A stretch of 64,000 bases of DNA from an uncultured beta proteobacterium (GTDB taxonomy: Bacteria > Pseudomonadota > Gammaproteobacteria > Burkholderiales > Burkholderiaceae_C). Shown piece by piece: positions 55,602 to 64,000 of the stretch. A program made the position numbers and the translations under genes. The stretch is taken from NCBI GenBank assembly GCA_903838565.1, contig CAILZB010000112.1, positions 97,098 to 161,097 on the forward strand, in the 5' to 3' direction. Position 1 is the first letter of the stretch. Each line of letters opens with the position of its first letter. The notes under the pieces were generated by a model. The model was not told the origin of the DNA. It saw nothing but the letters and a program-made list of their open reading frames with translations, and ran no database searches.

Positions 55602-58600
55602 TCAGCCCGCCAGCAGCGCCGCATTCCCGCCCGCGGCCGTGGTGTTGACGGTGAGGGTCTGCTCGGCGCAGAAGCGGTACAGGTAGTGCGGGCCACCGGC
55701 CTTGGGGCCGGTGCCGCTCAGGCCTTCGCCGCCAAAGGGCTGCACGCCCACGACGGCACCGATCTGGTTGCGGTTGATGTAGACGTTGCCGATGTGCGAG
55801 GCCCGCGCCAGCGCCTGTGCCCGTGAATCGATGCGGGTCTGGATGCCCAGCGTCAGGCCGAAACCGAGCGCGTTGATCTGCTCGATCACCGCCAGGGGGT
55901 CGCCGCTCCAGCGCACGATGTGCAGCACCGGGCCGAAGATTTCCTGCTTCATGTCGGCGACGCGGGCCACTTCAAAGGCTTGGGGCGCAACCAGGTTGGC
56001 GATCGATGCCTGCGGCGTCGCTGCGCCGGACAGCAGCGGCCTGGCTTCACGCTGCAGCCGCAGCAGTTCCCGCTGGATGCCGTCGAAGGCTTCCCTGTCG
56101 ATCACCGGACCCACGTCGGTCGCCAGATCGGAGGAATCGCCTGTGACCAGCTCCTTGGCCGCGCCCTGGATCATGGCGATCACGTGGTCGGCGATCTCCG
56201 CGTGCACGCACAGCAGGCGCAGCGCCGAGCAGCGCTGGCCCGCGCTGCGAAACGCCGACTGCACCACGGCGTCGCTCACCTGCTCGGGCAGGGCCGTGCT
56301 GTCCACCAGCATGGCGTTGATGCCGCCGGTCTCGGCGATCAGCGGCACGATGGCGCCATCCTTGGCGGCCAGCGCGCGCTGGATGATCTTGGCCACCGGC
56401 GTGGAGCCGGTGAACACCACGCCAGCCACGCCGCTTGCGGCCACGAGCGCGGCGCCGACCGTCTCCCCCGGTCCGTGCAGCAGCTGCAGTGCACCGATGG
56501 GCACGCCGGCCGCATGCAGCAATTTGACAGCCTCCAGCGCCACGGCGGGCGTCTGCTCTGCCGGCTTGGCCAGCACGGTGTTGCCCGTGGCCAGCGCGGC
56601 TGCGACCTGGCCCATGAAGATCGCGAGCGGGAAGTTCCACGGGCTGATGCAGACCCAGGGGCCGCGCGCAGTCAGGCGCAACTCATTGTTCTCGCCGGTC
56701 GGCCCGGGCATGTCGATCGGCGCCATCACGCGCTCGGCCTCGTTCGCGTAGTAGCGCAGGAAGTCCACCGCCTCGCGCACTTCGGACACGGCGTCGCCCC
56801 AGGTCTTGAAGGCTTCCTTCACCAACAGAGCGCAGAACTTCGGCAGCTCGGCTTCCAGCGCGTCGGCGCCTCGGCGCAGCGCGGCGGCGCGCTCGCTCAC
56901 TTCCGTCTTGCTCCACTTTCTATAGCTGGCCTGGCTCGTGGTCAACGCAGTCTCGATCAACCCCAGATCGAACACGGGCACGGCCGGCAACTGAAGCGAC
57001 TGCAAGGCCGCCAGCAGCGGCTCACGCATCGTGGCAACGGTCAGGTCCAGGCCCGCGCTGTTCTTGCGCGAGGGGCCAAAGAGTGCCAAAGGCAGCGGCA
57101 GCGAGGAGTCGGGCTCGAGCCGCAGCGGCGAGATCAGCAGCTCGTTCATGCTCACCGATTCGTCCGCCAGCTGGTGCACGAAGGACGAGTTGGCGCCGTT
57201 CTCCAGCAGACGCCGAACAAGGTAGGCCAGCAGGTCCTTGTGCGCGCCCACCGGCGCGTAAACGCGGCAGGCGATCAGCGGGTTCTTCAACACCTCACGG
57301 TACACGCCCTCGGCCATGCCGTGCAGGCGCTGCAACTCAAACGGTGCCGCAGTCCGGGCGCCCATCTGCACGATGGCGGCGATGGTGACGGCGTTGTGCG
57401 TGGCGAACTGCGGGTAGATCGCGTCGGGCGCATCCAGCAAAGCGGCGGCGCAAGCCAGGTAGGCGATGTCGGTGTGGTGCTTGTGCGTGAACACCGGATA
57501 GAACGGCAGGCCCATCTCCTGCGCACGCTTGATCTCGGCGTCCCAGTACGCGCCCTTGACCAGGCGGCACATCAATCGGATCTGGTACTTGCGCGCTATT
57601 CCCGTCACGTGTTCGATCAGCTCCAGCGCGCGCGTTTGATAACTCTGCATCGCGAGGCCGAAACCCGTCCACCGGGGAAAGTGTTGTGCCACCAGAGCGG
57701 CCAGTGCTTCGAACACCTCCAGCGACAGTTCCAGCCGGTCCACTTCCTCGGCGTCGATGGTGAGGTTGATGTTGGCTCTTGCCGAGCGCTCGCACAGGCC
57801 CCACACGCGCGGCAGCAATTCGGCCATGACGCGCGCCTGCTGCGCGTCCTCATAGCGCGGATGCAGCGCGCTGAGCTTGATCGAGATGCCGTCGTTCTGT
57901 TCGCAGGGCAGCGTGCTGCTGGCCTGGGCCGCGATGGCCTGAATCGCGTATTCGTAGCTCGCCAGATGCTGCAGCGCATCCGCGTCGGTGCGTGCGCCCT
58001 CGCCCAGCATGTCGTAGCTGTATCGGAGCCCCCACGCTTGGCGCTGCGCGTCCTGCGCAGCCCCCCGAGGGGGCTGTTCCGACTTGGGGCGGCCCGGCGC
58101 CGGAACGCGCAGGTTCTTCAGCTTGCGCTGCGCCGAAGCAGCCTCGTTCATGGCCTCGGCAATGGTCTGGCCCAGCACGAACTGGCGACCCAGCAACTGC
58201 ACCGCGCGCAGCGTCGCCGCCACCACCGACCTGGCGCCGAGCTTGGCAAAGATGCCGCTGGGCGCCTCGCCGTCGGGCAGGAACTTCTTGCTCAGCGCAA
58301 TCGCGGTGCTCGAGAGCCGCACCAGGGTCTTGTCGCCCGCACTCTCAAAATCGGCGCGGCCAAGCTGGTCGGCCGTGAGTGCGATCGCGGTCTCGGCGTC
58401 GGGAACGCGCAGCAGCGCTTCAGCCAGACGCATCAGTGCCAGGCCTTCAGCGCTGGAGATGGGGTATTCCTTGAGCAGGCTCTCCATCGCCCAAAAAGGC
58501 GGCGGATTCTGGCGCACGGCCAGCACCCAGGGCGTGGCCACCTTGGCCGCTGCGGCCCAGTCCAGCGATTGCGCCAGAGCGGCGAGGTGCCGGGAAACGA

Positions 58601-58649
58601 TTTCGGCTTCGGGGCGGTAGGAAATGGGCAGACGCATGGCGGACTCCAA
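55602..58649 (-). CDS. putA: bifunctional proline dehydrogenase / P5C dehydrogenase PutA (1015 aa, no RHH DNA-binding domain)
   Basis: PRODH TIM barrel plus ALDH domain with catalytic Cys; full length. Confidence 0.9.
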   Translation of the reverse strand: MESAMRLPISYRPEAEIVSRHLAALAQSLDWAAAAKVATPWVLAVRQNPPPFWAMESLLKEYPISSAEGLALMRLAEALLRVPDAETAIALTADQLGRADFESAGDKTLVRLSSTAIALSKKFLPDGEAPSGIFAKLGARSVVAATLRAVQLLGRQFVLGQTIAEAMNEAASAQRKLKNLRVPAPGRPKSEQPPRGAAQDAQRQAWGLRYSYDMLGEGARTDADALQHLASYEYAIQAIAAQASSTLPCEQNDGISIKLSALHPRYEDAQQARVMAELLPRVWGLCERSARANINLTIDAEEVDRLELSLEVFEALAALVAQHFPRWTGFGLAMQSYQTRALELIEHVTGIARKYQIRLMCRLVKGAYWDAEIKRAQEMGLPFYPVFTHKHHTDIAYLACAAALLDAPDAIYPQFATHNAVTIAAIVQMGARTAAPFELQRLHGMAEGVYREVLKNPLIACRVYAPVGAHKDLLAYLVRRLLENGANSSFVHQLADESVSMNELLISPLRLEPDSSLPLPLALFGPSRKNSAGLDLTVATMREPLLAALQSLQLPAVPVFDLGLIETALTTSQASYRKWSKTEVSERAAALRRGADALEAELPKFCALLVKEAFKTWGDAVSEVREAVDFLRYYANEAERVMAPIDMPGPTGENNELRLTARGPWVCISPWNFPLAIFMGQVAAALATGNTVLAKPAEQTPAVALEAVKLLHAAGVPIGALQLLHGPGETVGAALVAASGVAGVVFTGSTPVAKIIQRALAAKDGAIVPLIAETGGINAMLVDSTALPEQVSDAVVQSAFRSAGQRCSALRLLCVHAEIADHVIAMIQGAAKELVTGDSSDLATDVGPVIDREAFDGIQRELLRLQREARPLLSGAATPQASIANLVAPQAFEVARVADMKQEIFGPVLHIVRWSGDPLAVIEQINALGFGLTLGIQTRIDSRAQALARASHIGNVYINRNQIGAVVGVQPFGGEGLSGTGPKAGGPHYLYRFCAEQTLTVNTTAAGGNAALLAG

Positions 58650-58773
58650 TGGATATATATTTCTATGATCTTCGATTGATTGATGAATTAATCACCAATT
58701 AACCAACAATAAATAGATTTATATGCTCAAAGAGCGGCCGATCCGCGTCGGCCATCGCCACCCCGATCGGGCG

Positions 58774-59127
58774 TTAAAGCCGGCGGATGGGCCGGTTCGT
58801 TTTCAGCGCCACGGCGCCTGCGGAGATGCCATTGACCACATTCACATAGCCCTGCTGCTGCATGAATTGCATCGCCTGCCCGGAGCGCGCGCCCGACTGG
58901 CAGTACAGAACAATCTGCTTTGACTTGTCCGCAGCGAGCTCTGCGTAGCCCTGCACAAACCGGTCCAGCGGCAGGTTCACGGCGCCGTCCACATGACCGG
59001 ACGCAAATTCACCGGGTCCGCGCACGTCGATGATGAGCGCATCTGCGTCCCATGCCGGCGTCTCCAAATTCGGCGCCGCAGACAATAAATTATTCAACCA
59101 GTTCACGTTGTCCTTTCTGGAGCCCAA
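58774..59127 (-). CDS. single-domain rhodanese (sulfurtransferase)
   Basis: Active-site loop CQSGARS; 117 aa. Confidence 0.8.
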   Translation of the reverse strand: MGSRKDNVNWLNNLLSAAPNLETPAWDADALIIDVRGPGEFASGHVDGAVNLPLDRFVQGYAELAADKSKQIVLYCQSGARSGQAMQFMQQQGYVNVVNGISAGAVALKTNRPIRRL

Positions 59128-59138
59128 CCCGCGATGGG

Positions 59139-60509
59139 TCAGCGCTGCAATTGTGCATTCAAGGGCGCAAGACGGGATTCGTCGAGTTGCCCGGCGAGCG
59201 CCTCGAGCCGCAACTGGCTCAGCATCACGTCGACCCGCGCCTGCAGCAGGGCGAGTTCGGCACTGCTCGCGTCATTTTCGGCGTTGAGCAGATCCAGCGT
59301 GGTTCGGTCTCCCACCTGGCGCCCCAGCCGCGTGGCGTCCAGCCGCGAGCGAGTCGCCTGGAGTGACCCGGCCAATGCGCTGATGCGCGCGGTACCGGTG
59401 CGCAAGCCCAGCCACGCGGCCTGCGTCTGCTGGCTGATCTGCTGGCGCGTGCGCTCGACCTCGGCCTGTGCCTTGTCCTCCAGGCGCAGGGCTTCGTCCT
59501 GGCGCGCACTGCGATAGCCGCCGGTGTAGAGCGGAATCGTCAACTGCACGCCGATCATCTGCTGGTGCTGTCCATTGCTCGCGGCACCAAAGTCACCGTT
59601 GCCACTGAGCCGCTGCTGGCCCGCCTGGGCCACCAGATCGAGCGTGGCGCCGCCCGCAGCGCTGAACTTGCGCGCCTCCTCGTGCGCCGCCTGGGACTTG
59701 GCCATCTGCATGCGCAGCAAGGGGTTCTGGCCCAGCGCCAGCGCCTGCCAATGGGGCAACGGCGCCAGGTTGTCGGTGTCCACCGACGCTTCGGCCGACA
59801 GCGGCTGCAGCTTGGGCGAGACCAGGCCGGTGGCGTCGTCCAGCGCCGTCTGCGCGATCTGCAACTCACTCTGCGCTCCCAGCCACTGCGAGCGCAACGC
59901 CTGCGAGCGCGCTGACGCTTCGTGCGTGTCGGTGATGGGCGTGTCGCCCAGCGCAAACCGGTCCTTCGCCTCCACCAGCGCCTTGTCCACCGCCTGGCTT
60001 TGCTGTTGCAGCAGATCGACCCGACGCTGCGCCAGCAGCACGTCAAAGTAGCGCTGCGCCGTGTGCAGCATCAGATCCTGATGCGACGACTGCCACTCGA
60101 GCTCGGCCGCGTCTGCGGCGATTTCAAGCTGGCGCGACTGGGCCGAGCGCTCACGGTTGATCAGCGGCTGGCGCGCACTCAAGCTGAGGCTGGTGGAGGT
60201 GCCGTGGTTGACGGAGGTGTTGAAGCCCACGCCATTGGACTGGCCCAGGCCCTGCGCCGAGAAGTTCGCACCCGTCGTCTCCGAATGGGAATTCATCGCG
60301 CCCACGCCGCCCTCGATCTGCACCATGGGACGCCACAGCGCCGAAGACTGCTCGCGCCGCGCGACGCCGGCCTGGCGCGCCGCCTGCGAGATCGCGACCT
60401 CGGGGTCGTGCGCACTGGCGGCCTGCCAGACCTCCAGCAGATCGGTGGCGCCAGCCGACAGCGCGACCAACGCCAAGATGGCGACAGAAATGGCTTTGAG
60501 TTTCATCAT
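59139..60509 (-). CDS. TolC-family outer-membrane efflux protein
   Basis: Signal peptide; duplicated OEP domains. Start at the ATG at 60509. Confidence 0.8.
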   Translation of the reverse strand: MMKLKAISVAILALVALSAGATDLLEVWQAASAHDPEVAISQAARQAGVARREQSSALWRPMVQIEGGVGAMNSHSETTGANFSAQGLGQSNGVGFNTSVNHGTSTSLSLSARQPLINRERSAQSRQLEIAADAAELEWQSSHQDLMLHTAQRYFDVLLAQRRVDLLQQQSQAVDKALVEAKDRFALGDTPITDTHEASARSQALRSQWLGAQSELQIAQTALDDATGLVSPKLQPLSAEASVDTDNLAPLPHWQALALGQNPLLRMQMAKSQAAHEEARKFSAAGGATLDLVAQAGQQRLSGNGDFGAASNGQHQQMIGVQLTIPLYTGGYRSARQDEALRLEDKAQAEVERTRQQISQQTQAAWLGLRTGTARISALAGSLQATRSRLDATRLGRQVGDRTTLDLLNAENDASSAELALLQARVDVMLSQLRLEALAGQLDESRLAPLNAQLQR

Positions 60510-60579
60510 AAGACGCCGGATTAAGGTGAAAGAACGAACTTTCATGGTGCTGGGGCGCCTTGCGCCCCAGGCATGAAAG

Positions 60580-60789
60580 TTAGCAGCCCGGCTCGAAACC
60601 CAGTTTGCGCAGGATGTTTTCCATCAGGCACCAGCGGGTAAGCGCGCTTTGCAGCAGGTTGGCGCCGACAAAGGCGGTGAAGGCGAGCCACCACTGACTC
60701 ACGAAGACCGGGCTGCCGGGGATGCCCAGGGCCAGGGACAGCAGGATGAAGCTGCCAGCGATGAGACGAACGAGTTGCCAGGATTTCAT
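60580..60789 (-). CDS. DUF2892 (YgaP-like) small membrane protein
   Basis: 69 aa with two TM helices; this family is commonly associated with rhodanese. Confidence 0.55.
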   Translation of the reverse strand: MKSWQLVRLIAGSFILLSLALGIPGSPVFVSQWWLAFTAFVGANLLQSALTRWCLMENILRKLGFEPGC

Positions 60790-60828
60790 GGGATTTTCCT
60801 TGTTGAAGTGAATGAAAGGGTTGAAGAA

Positions 60829-63800
60829 TCAGGCCGCCTTGGGCTGCCCCAGCGTGCCGCGGTAGGCCACGTAGTACAGCGTCGGGATCACGACCAGGGT
60901 GAGCACGGTGGAGACGAAGATGCCGAAGATCAGCGAGATCGCCAGGCCGTTGAAGATCGGGTCGTCCAGGATGAAGAAGGCGCCCAGCATCGCGGCCAAA
61001 CCCGTCAAGACGATGGGCTGGGCCCGCGTCACGGCCGAGTGCACGATGGCACGCTTGAAGTCCACACCTTCGCGCAGCTGCAGGTTGATGAAGTCCACCA
61101 GCAGGATGGAATTGCGCACGATGATGCCGGCCAGCGCGATCATGCCGATCATGCTGGTGGCGGTGTACTGCGCGCCCAGCAGCGCGTGGCCCGGCATCAC
61201 GCCGATGATGGTCAGCGGGATCGGCGCCATGATGATGAGCGGCGTCAGATACGAGCCGAACTGCGCCACCACCAGCAGATAGATCAGGATCAGTCCCACG
61301 CCGTAGGCAGCACCCATGTCGCGGAAGGTCTCATAGGTGATCTGGGATTCGCCGTCCCATTTCAGAGCGTACTCGCGGTACGTGTCTTCGGGCTGATGGA
61401 TGAAGTATTCGACCAGCGTGCCACCGCCCGGTGTGGCAATCTTCGCCAATTCGCTGCGCATGGAGAACACGCCGTACAGCGGACTGTCGAGTTTGCCCGC
61501 CATGTCGGCGACGACGAAGTTCACCGGCAGCAGGTCCTTGTGATAAACGGGCTGCTCGCGCACGGAGTCACTCACTGTCACCAGCTCGCGGATCGGCACC
61601 AGCTTGCCCGCGGCGCTGCGCACGCTCAAGGCCAGCAAGGCATTCAGATCGCCGTGACGTTCCGGCGGCAACTGCAGCACGGCCGCAGCCGGGTACTTGC
61701 TCTCGTCGTGCAGGTAGGCCGTGGCCTCGCCAGCCAATCCGGCGCGCAGCGTGGTCACGATCGCCTGCTGCGGCACGCCCAACATGGCGGCCTTCTGACG
61801 ATCCACCAGCAGCAGCTTCTTGGGCGCGGCGGCGATGCTGCTGTCGTCCACGTCCACCACATCGGGTGTCTTCTCGAACACCGTGCGCACCGCCTTGGCC
61901 ACCTGGAGACGTCCTTCGGCTTCAGGCCCGTAGATCTCGGCCACGATGGGCGAGAGTACGGGCGGGCCCGGCGGCACTTCGACGATCTTCACATTGGCGC
62001 CAAAGCGCTTACCGATCTTTTGCAACTCGGGCCGCACCCGCGCCGCAATGGCGTGGCTTTGTGCCTTACGCGCGTGCTTGTCCACCAGGTTCACTTGCAG
62101 GTCGCCCACGTCGCCGCCGGCGCGCAGGTAGTACTGGCGCACCAGGCCGTTGAAGTTGATGGGCGCGGCGGTGCCGGCGTAGGCCTGGTAGTCGGTGACC
62201 TCGGGCACGGTGGCGAGATAGGCGCCGAGCTCGTGCAAGACGGCGGCGGTCTGTTCCACCGGCGTGCCGGCCGGCATGTCGACGATGACCTGGAACTCCG
62301 ACTTGTTGTCAAAGGGCAGCATCTTGAGCATCACCAGCCCGGTGGCGGGCAGGACCAGCGAAATCGCGATCAGCACGGCAATGCCCAGGCCCAGCAAGCG
62401 GCGGTTTTTCGTGCCGGTTTTCTCGTCCAGCAGTGGCTTGAACAGGCGCTCGAACACCGGTCCGAGCTTGCCCGCCAGGCCGTGGCCTGCGGCGTGCACG
62501 GCGACATCGCGCTCGCCGTCGGTTCCATCTTTTCCATGAGCGGCAGAAGACTTCATCCACAGGCGCGCCAGCCAGGGCGTGACGATGAAGGCGATGGCCA
62601 GCGACAGCAACATGCCCATACTGGCATTGATCGGGATCGGACTCATGTACGGGCCCATCAGACCCGACACAAAGGCCATGGGCAGGAGCGCGGCGATCAC
62701 CGTGAAGGTGGCCAGGATGGTGGGGCCGCCCACCTCATCCACGGCGCCGGGAATGATCTGTGCCAGGGTTCGATGCGGATGGTGCTGCTGGTGCCGGTGG
62801 ATGTTTTCCACCACCACGATGGCGTCGTCCACCAGGATGCCGATGGAGAAGATCAGCGCAAACAGCGACACGCGGTTCAGCGTGAAGCCCCAGGCCCAGG
62901 ACGCGAACAGCGTCACGGTGAGCGTCAGGATCACGGCGCTGCCGACGATCGCGGCCTCGCGCTTGCCTAAAGCGATGAACACCAGCGCCACCACCGAGGC
63001 GGTGGCGAACAGCAGTTTGGTGATGAGCTTTTGCGCCTTGTCGTTGGCGGTGGCGCCGTAGTTGCGCGTCTCCGCCACCTGCACATTGGCCGGGATGACG
63101 GTGTTGCGCAGCACCTCGACGCGGCGCATCACGGCATTGGCCACCGAGATCGCGTTCTCGCCGGCCTTCTTCGTGATCGACAGGGTGACGGCCGGATACT
63201 CTGCGCCCGCAGCGCCATCGGTGCCGGCCACGCCGTGCCAGACGTAGCGGCTGGGCGGCATGGCGCCGTCGCGCACGTTGGCCACGTCGCGCAGGAACAC
63301 GGGCCGGGCGTTGTGCACGGCCACCACCAGGTCGCCGACTTCACTGGCCTGACTCAGGAACGGACCGGACTCGATCGCCACGGAGCGGTTGCCGGCGATG
63401 AGTTCGCCCACGGGCAGCCCCAGGTTGGCCGACTGCAGGGCCTGGCGCAGATCGGCTACGGTAACGCCCGAGCCCGCCATGCGCGCGGGGTCGATCTCCA
63501 CCATCACGGCGCGCCCGGGACCGCCAGTGGTGCTGACCTCGCGCGTGCCGGGGACGCGCTTGAGCTCGGCCTCCAGGCTGTGCGCGACGCGCTCCAGATC
63601 GAAGGCGCCGACTGCGGCGCTCTTGTCAAAGAGCGTGAGCGTGACGATGGGGACGTCGTCGATGCCCTTGGGTTTGATGATGGGTGCGAGCACGCCCAGG
63701 TCCTTGGGCAGCCAGTCGGCGTTCGAGTTCACGGTGTCGTACAGGCGCACCAGCGCCTCGGTGCGCGCCACGCCCACCTTGAACTGCACCGTGATGATGG

Positions 63801-64000
63801 CAAGTCCCGGGTTGGATACCGACATCACGTGCTCGATGCCCGAGATCTGCGCCAGCACCTGCTCGGCCGGGCCGGCCACCATCGGCTCCACGTCGCGCGC
63901 CGAGGCGCCGGGGAACGGGATCAGCACGTTGGCCAGGGTGACATTGATCTGCGGCTCCTCCTCGCGTGGCGTCACCATCACGGCGAAGAAACCCAGCAGC
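60829..64000 (-). CDS. RND efflux permease (CusA/CzcA-like), 5' end beyond the window
   Basis: Frame open to the window edge; upstream codons encode the typical RND N-terminal TM1; 12-TM RND architecture. Confidence 0.85.
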   Translation of the reverse strand, partial: LLGFFAVMVTPREEEPQINVTLANVLIPFPGASARDVEPMVAGPAEQVLAQISGIEHVMSVSNPGLAIITVQFKVGVARTEALVRLYDTVNSNADWLPKDLGVLAPIIKPKGIDDVPIVTLTLFDKSAAVGAFDLERVAHSLEAELKRVPGTREVSTTGGPGRAVMVEIDPARMAGSGVTVADLRQALQSANLGLPVGELIAGNRSVAIESGPFLSQASEVGDLVVAVHNARPVFLRDVANVRDGAMPPSRYVWHGVAGTDGAAGAEYPAVTLSITKKAGENAISVANAVMRRVEVLRNTVIPANVQVAETRNYGATANDKAQKLITKLLFATASVVALVFIALGKREAAIVGSAVILTLTVTLFASWAWGFTLNRVSLFALIFSIGILVDDAIVVVENIHRHQQHHPHRTLAQIIPGAVDEVGGPTILATFTVIAALLPMAFVSGLMGPYMSPIPINASMGMLLSLAIAFIVTPWLARLWMKSSAAHGKDGTDGERDVAVHAAGHGLAGKLGPVFERLFKPLLDEKTGTKNRRLLGLGIAVLIAISLVLPATGLVMLKMLPFDNKSEFQVIVDMPAGTPVEQTAAVLHELGAYLATVPEVTDYQAYAGTAAPINFNGLVRQYYLRAGGDVGDLQVNLVDKHARKAQSHAIAARVRPELQKIGKRFGANVKIVEVPPGPPVLSPIVAEIYGPEAEGRLQVAKAVRTVFEKTPDVVDVDDSSIAAAPKKLLLVDRQKAAMLGVPQQAIVTTLRAGLAGEATAYLHDESKYPAAAVLQLPPERHGDLNALLALSVRSAAGKLVPIRELVTVSDSVREQPVYHKDLLPVNFVVADMAGKLDSPLYGVFSMRSELAKIATPGGGTLVEYFIHQPEDTYREYALKWDGESQITYETFRDMGAAYGVGLILIYLLVVAQFGSYLTPLIIMAPIPLTIIGVMPGHALLGAQYTATSMIGMIALAGIIVRNSILLVDFINLQLREGVDFKRAIVHSAVTRAQPIVLTGLAAMLGAFFILDDPIFNGLAISLIFGIFVSTVLTLVVIPTLYYVAYRGTLGQPKAA

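Overview
High-GC (~67%) proteobacterial chromosomal window. Its gene content (Bug/TctC and TRAP binding proteins, many Lrp/AsnC regulators, a NagQ-type GlcNAc locus) suggests Burkholderiales, probably Comamonadaceae-like. No rRNA, tRNA, CRISPR array, intact IS or prophage was found. Contents in order:
- 3' end of pyrC and a YegS-type lipid kinase.
- A ~14.5 kb N-acetylglucosamine/chitooligosaccharide utilisation locus: GH20 hexosaminidase, PTS EIICBA(Nag), HPr-EI, NagX-like membrane protein, SGNH esterase, TonB-dependent receptor, then NagB-II, NagA, NagQ.
- Two tandem Lrp/AsnC regulators divergent from ornithine cyclodeaminase and arginase.
- A DMT exporter and a polar-amino-acid ABC transporter.
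- A DcaP-like porin, a TPR/glycosyltransferase-like protein, a glycine-zipper lipoprotein, and two divergently transcribed paralogous small His-rich repeat proteins.
- A Bug binding protein with two convergent ATP-grasp enzymes, then TRAP DctPQM.
- A compact block of a J-domain-only protein, three uncharacterised proteins, a hotdog thioesterase and a flotillin carrying an N-terminal repeat array.
- A low-GC islet with a group II intron maturase remnant and a lipoprotein.
- A complete lysine-fermentation-type gene set (kamA, kdd, accessory gene, kamDE, kal, kce) with a divergent Lrp.
- An ECF sigma/Ser-Thr kinase pair and an HD-GYP response regulator/CxxCH histidine kinase pair, framed by duplicated 3'-end fragments of the lrp and putA genes.
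- putA, a rhodanese, a TolC-family protein, a DUF2892 protein and the 3' 3.2 kb of an RND pump.
The most unusual items are (i) the duplicated lrp/putA gene-end scars bracketing two unrelated signalling cassettes, (ii) the J-domain/acidic-tail/flotillin block of unknown function, (iii) the paired small His-rich repeat proteins, and (iv) REP-like double-hairpin repeats. Many long ORFs in the supplied track are antisense artefacts of the high GC content and are rejected.
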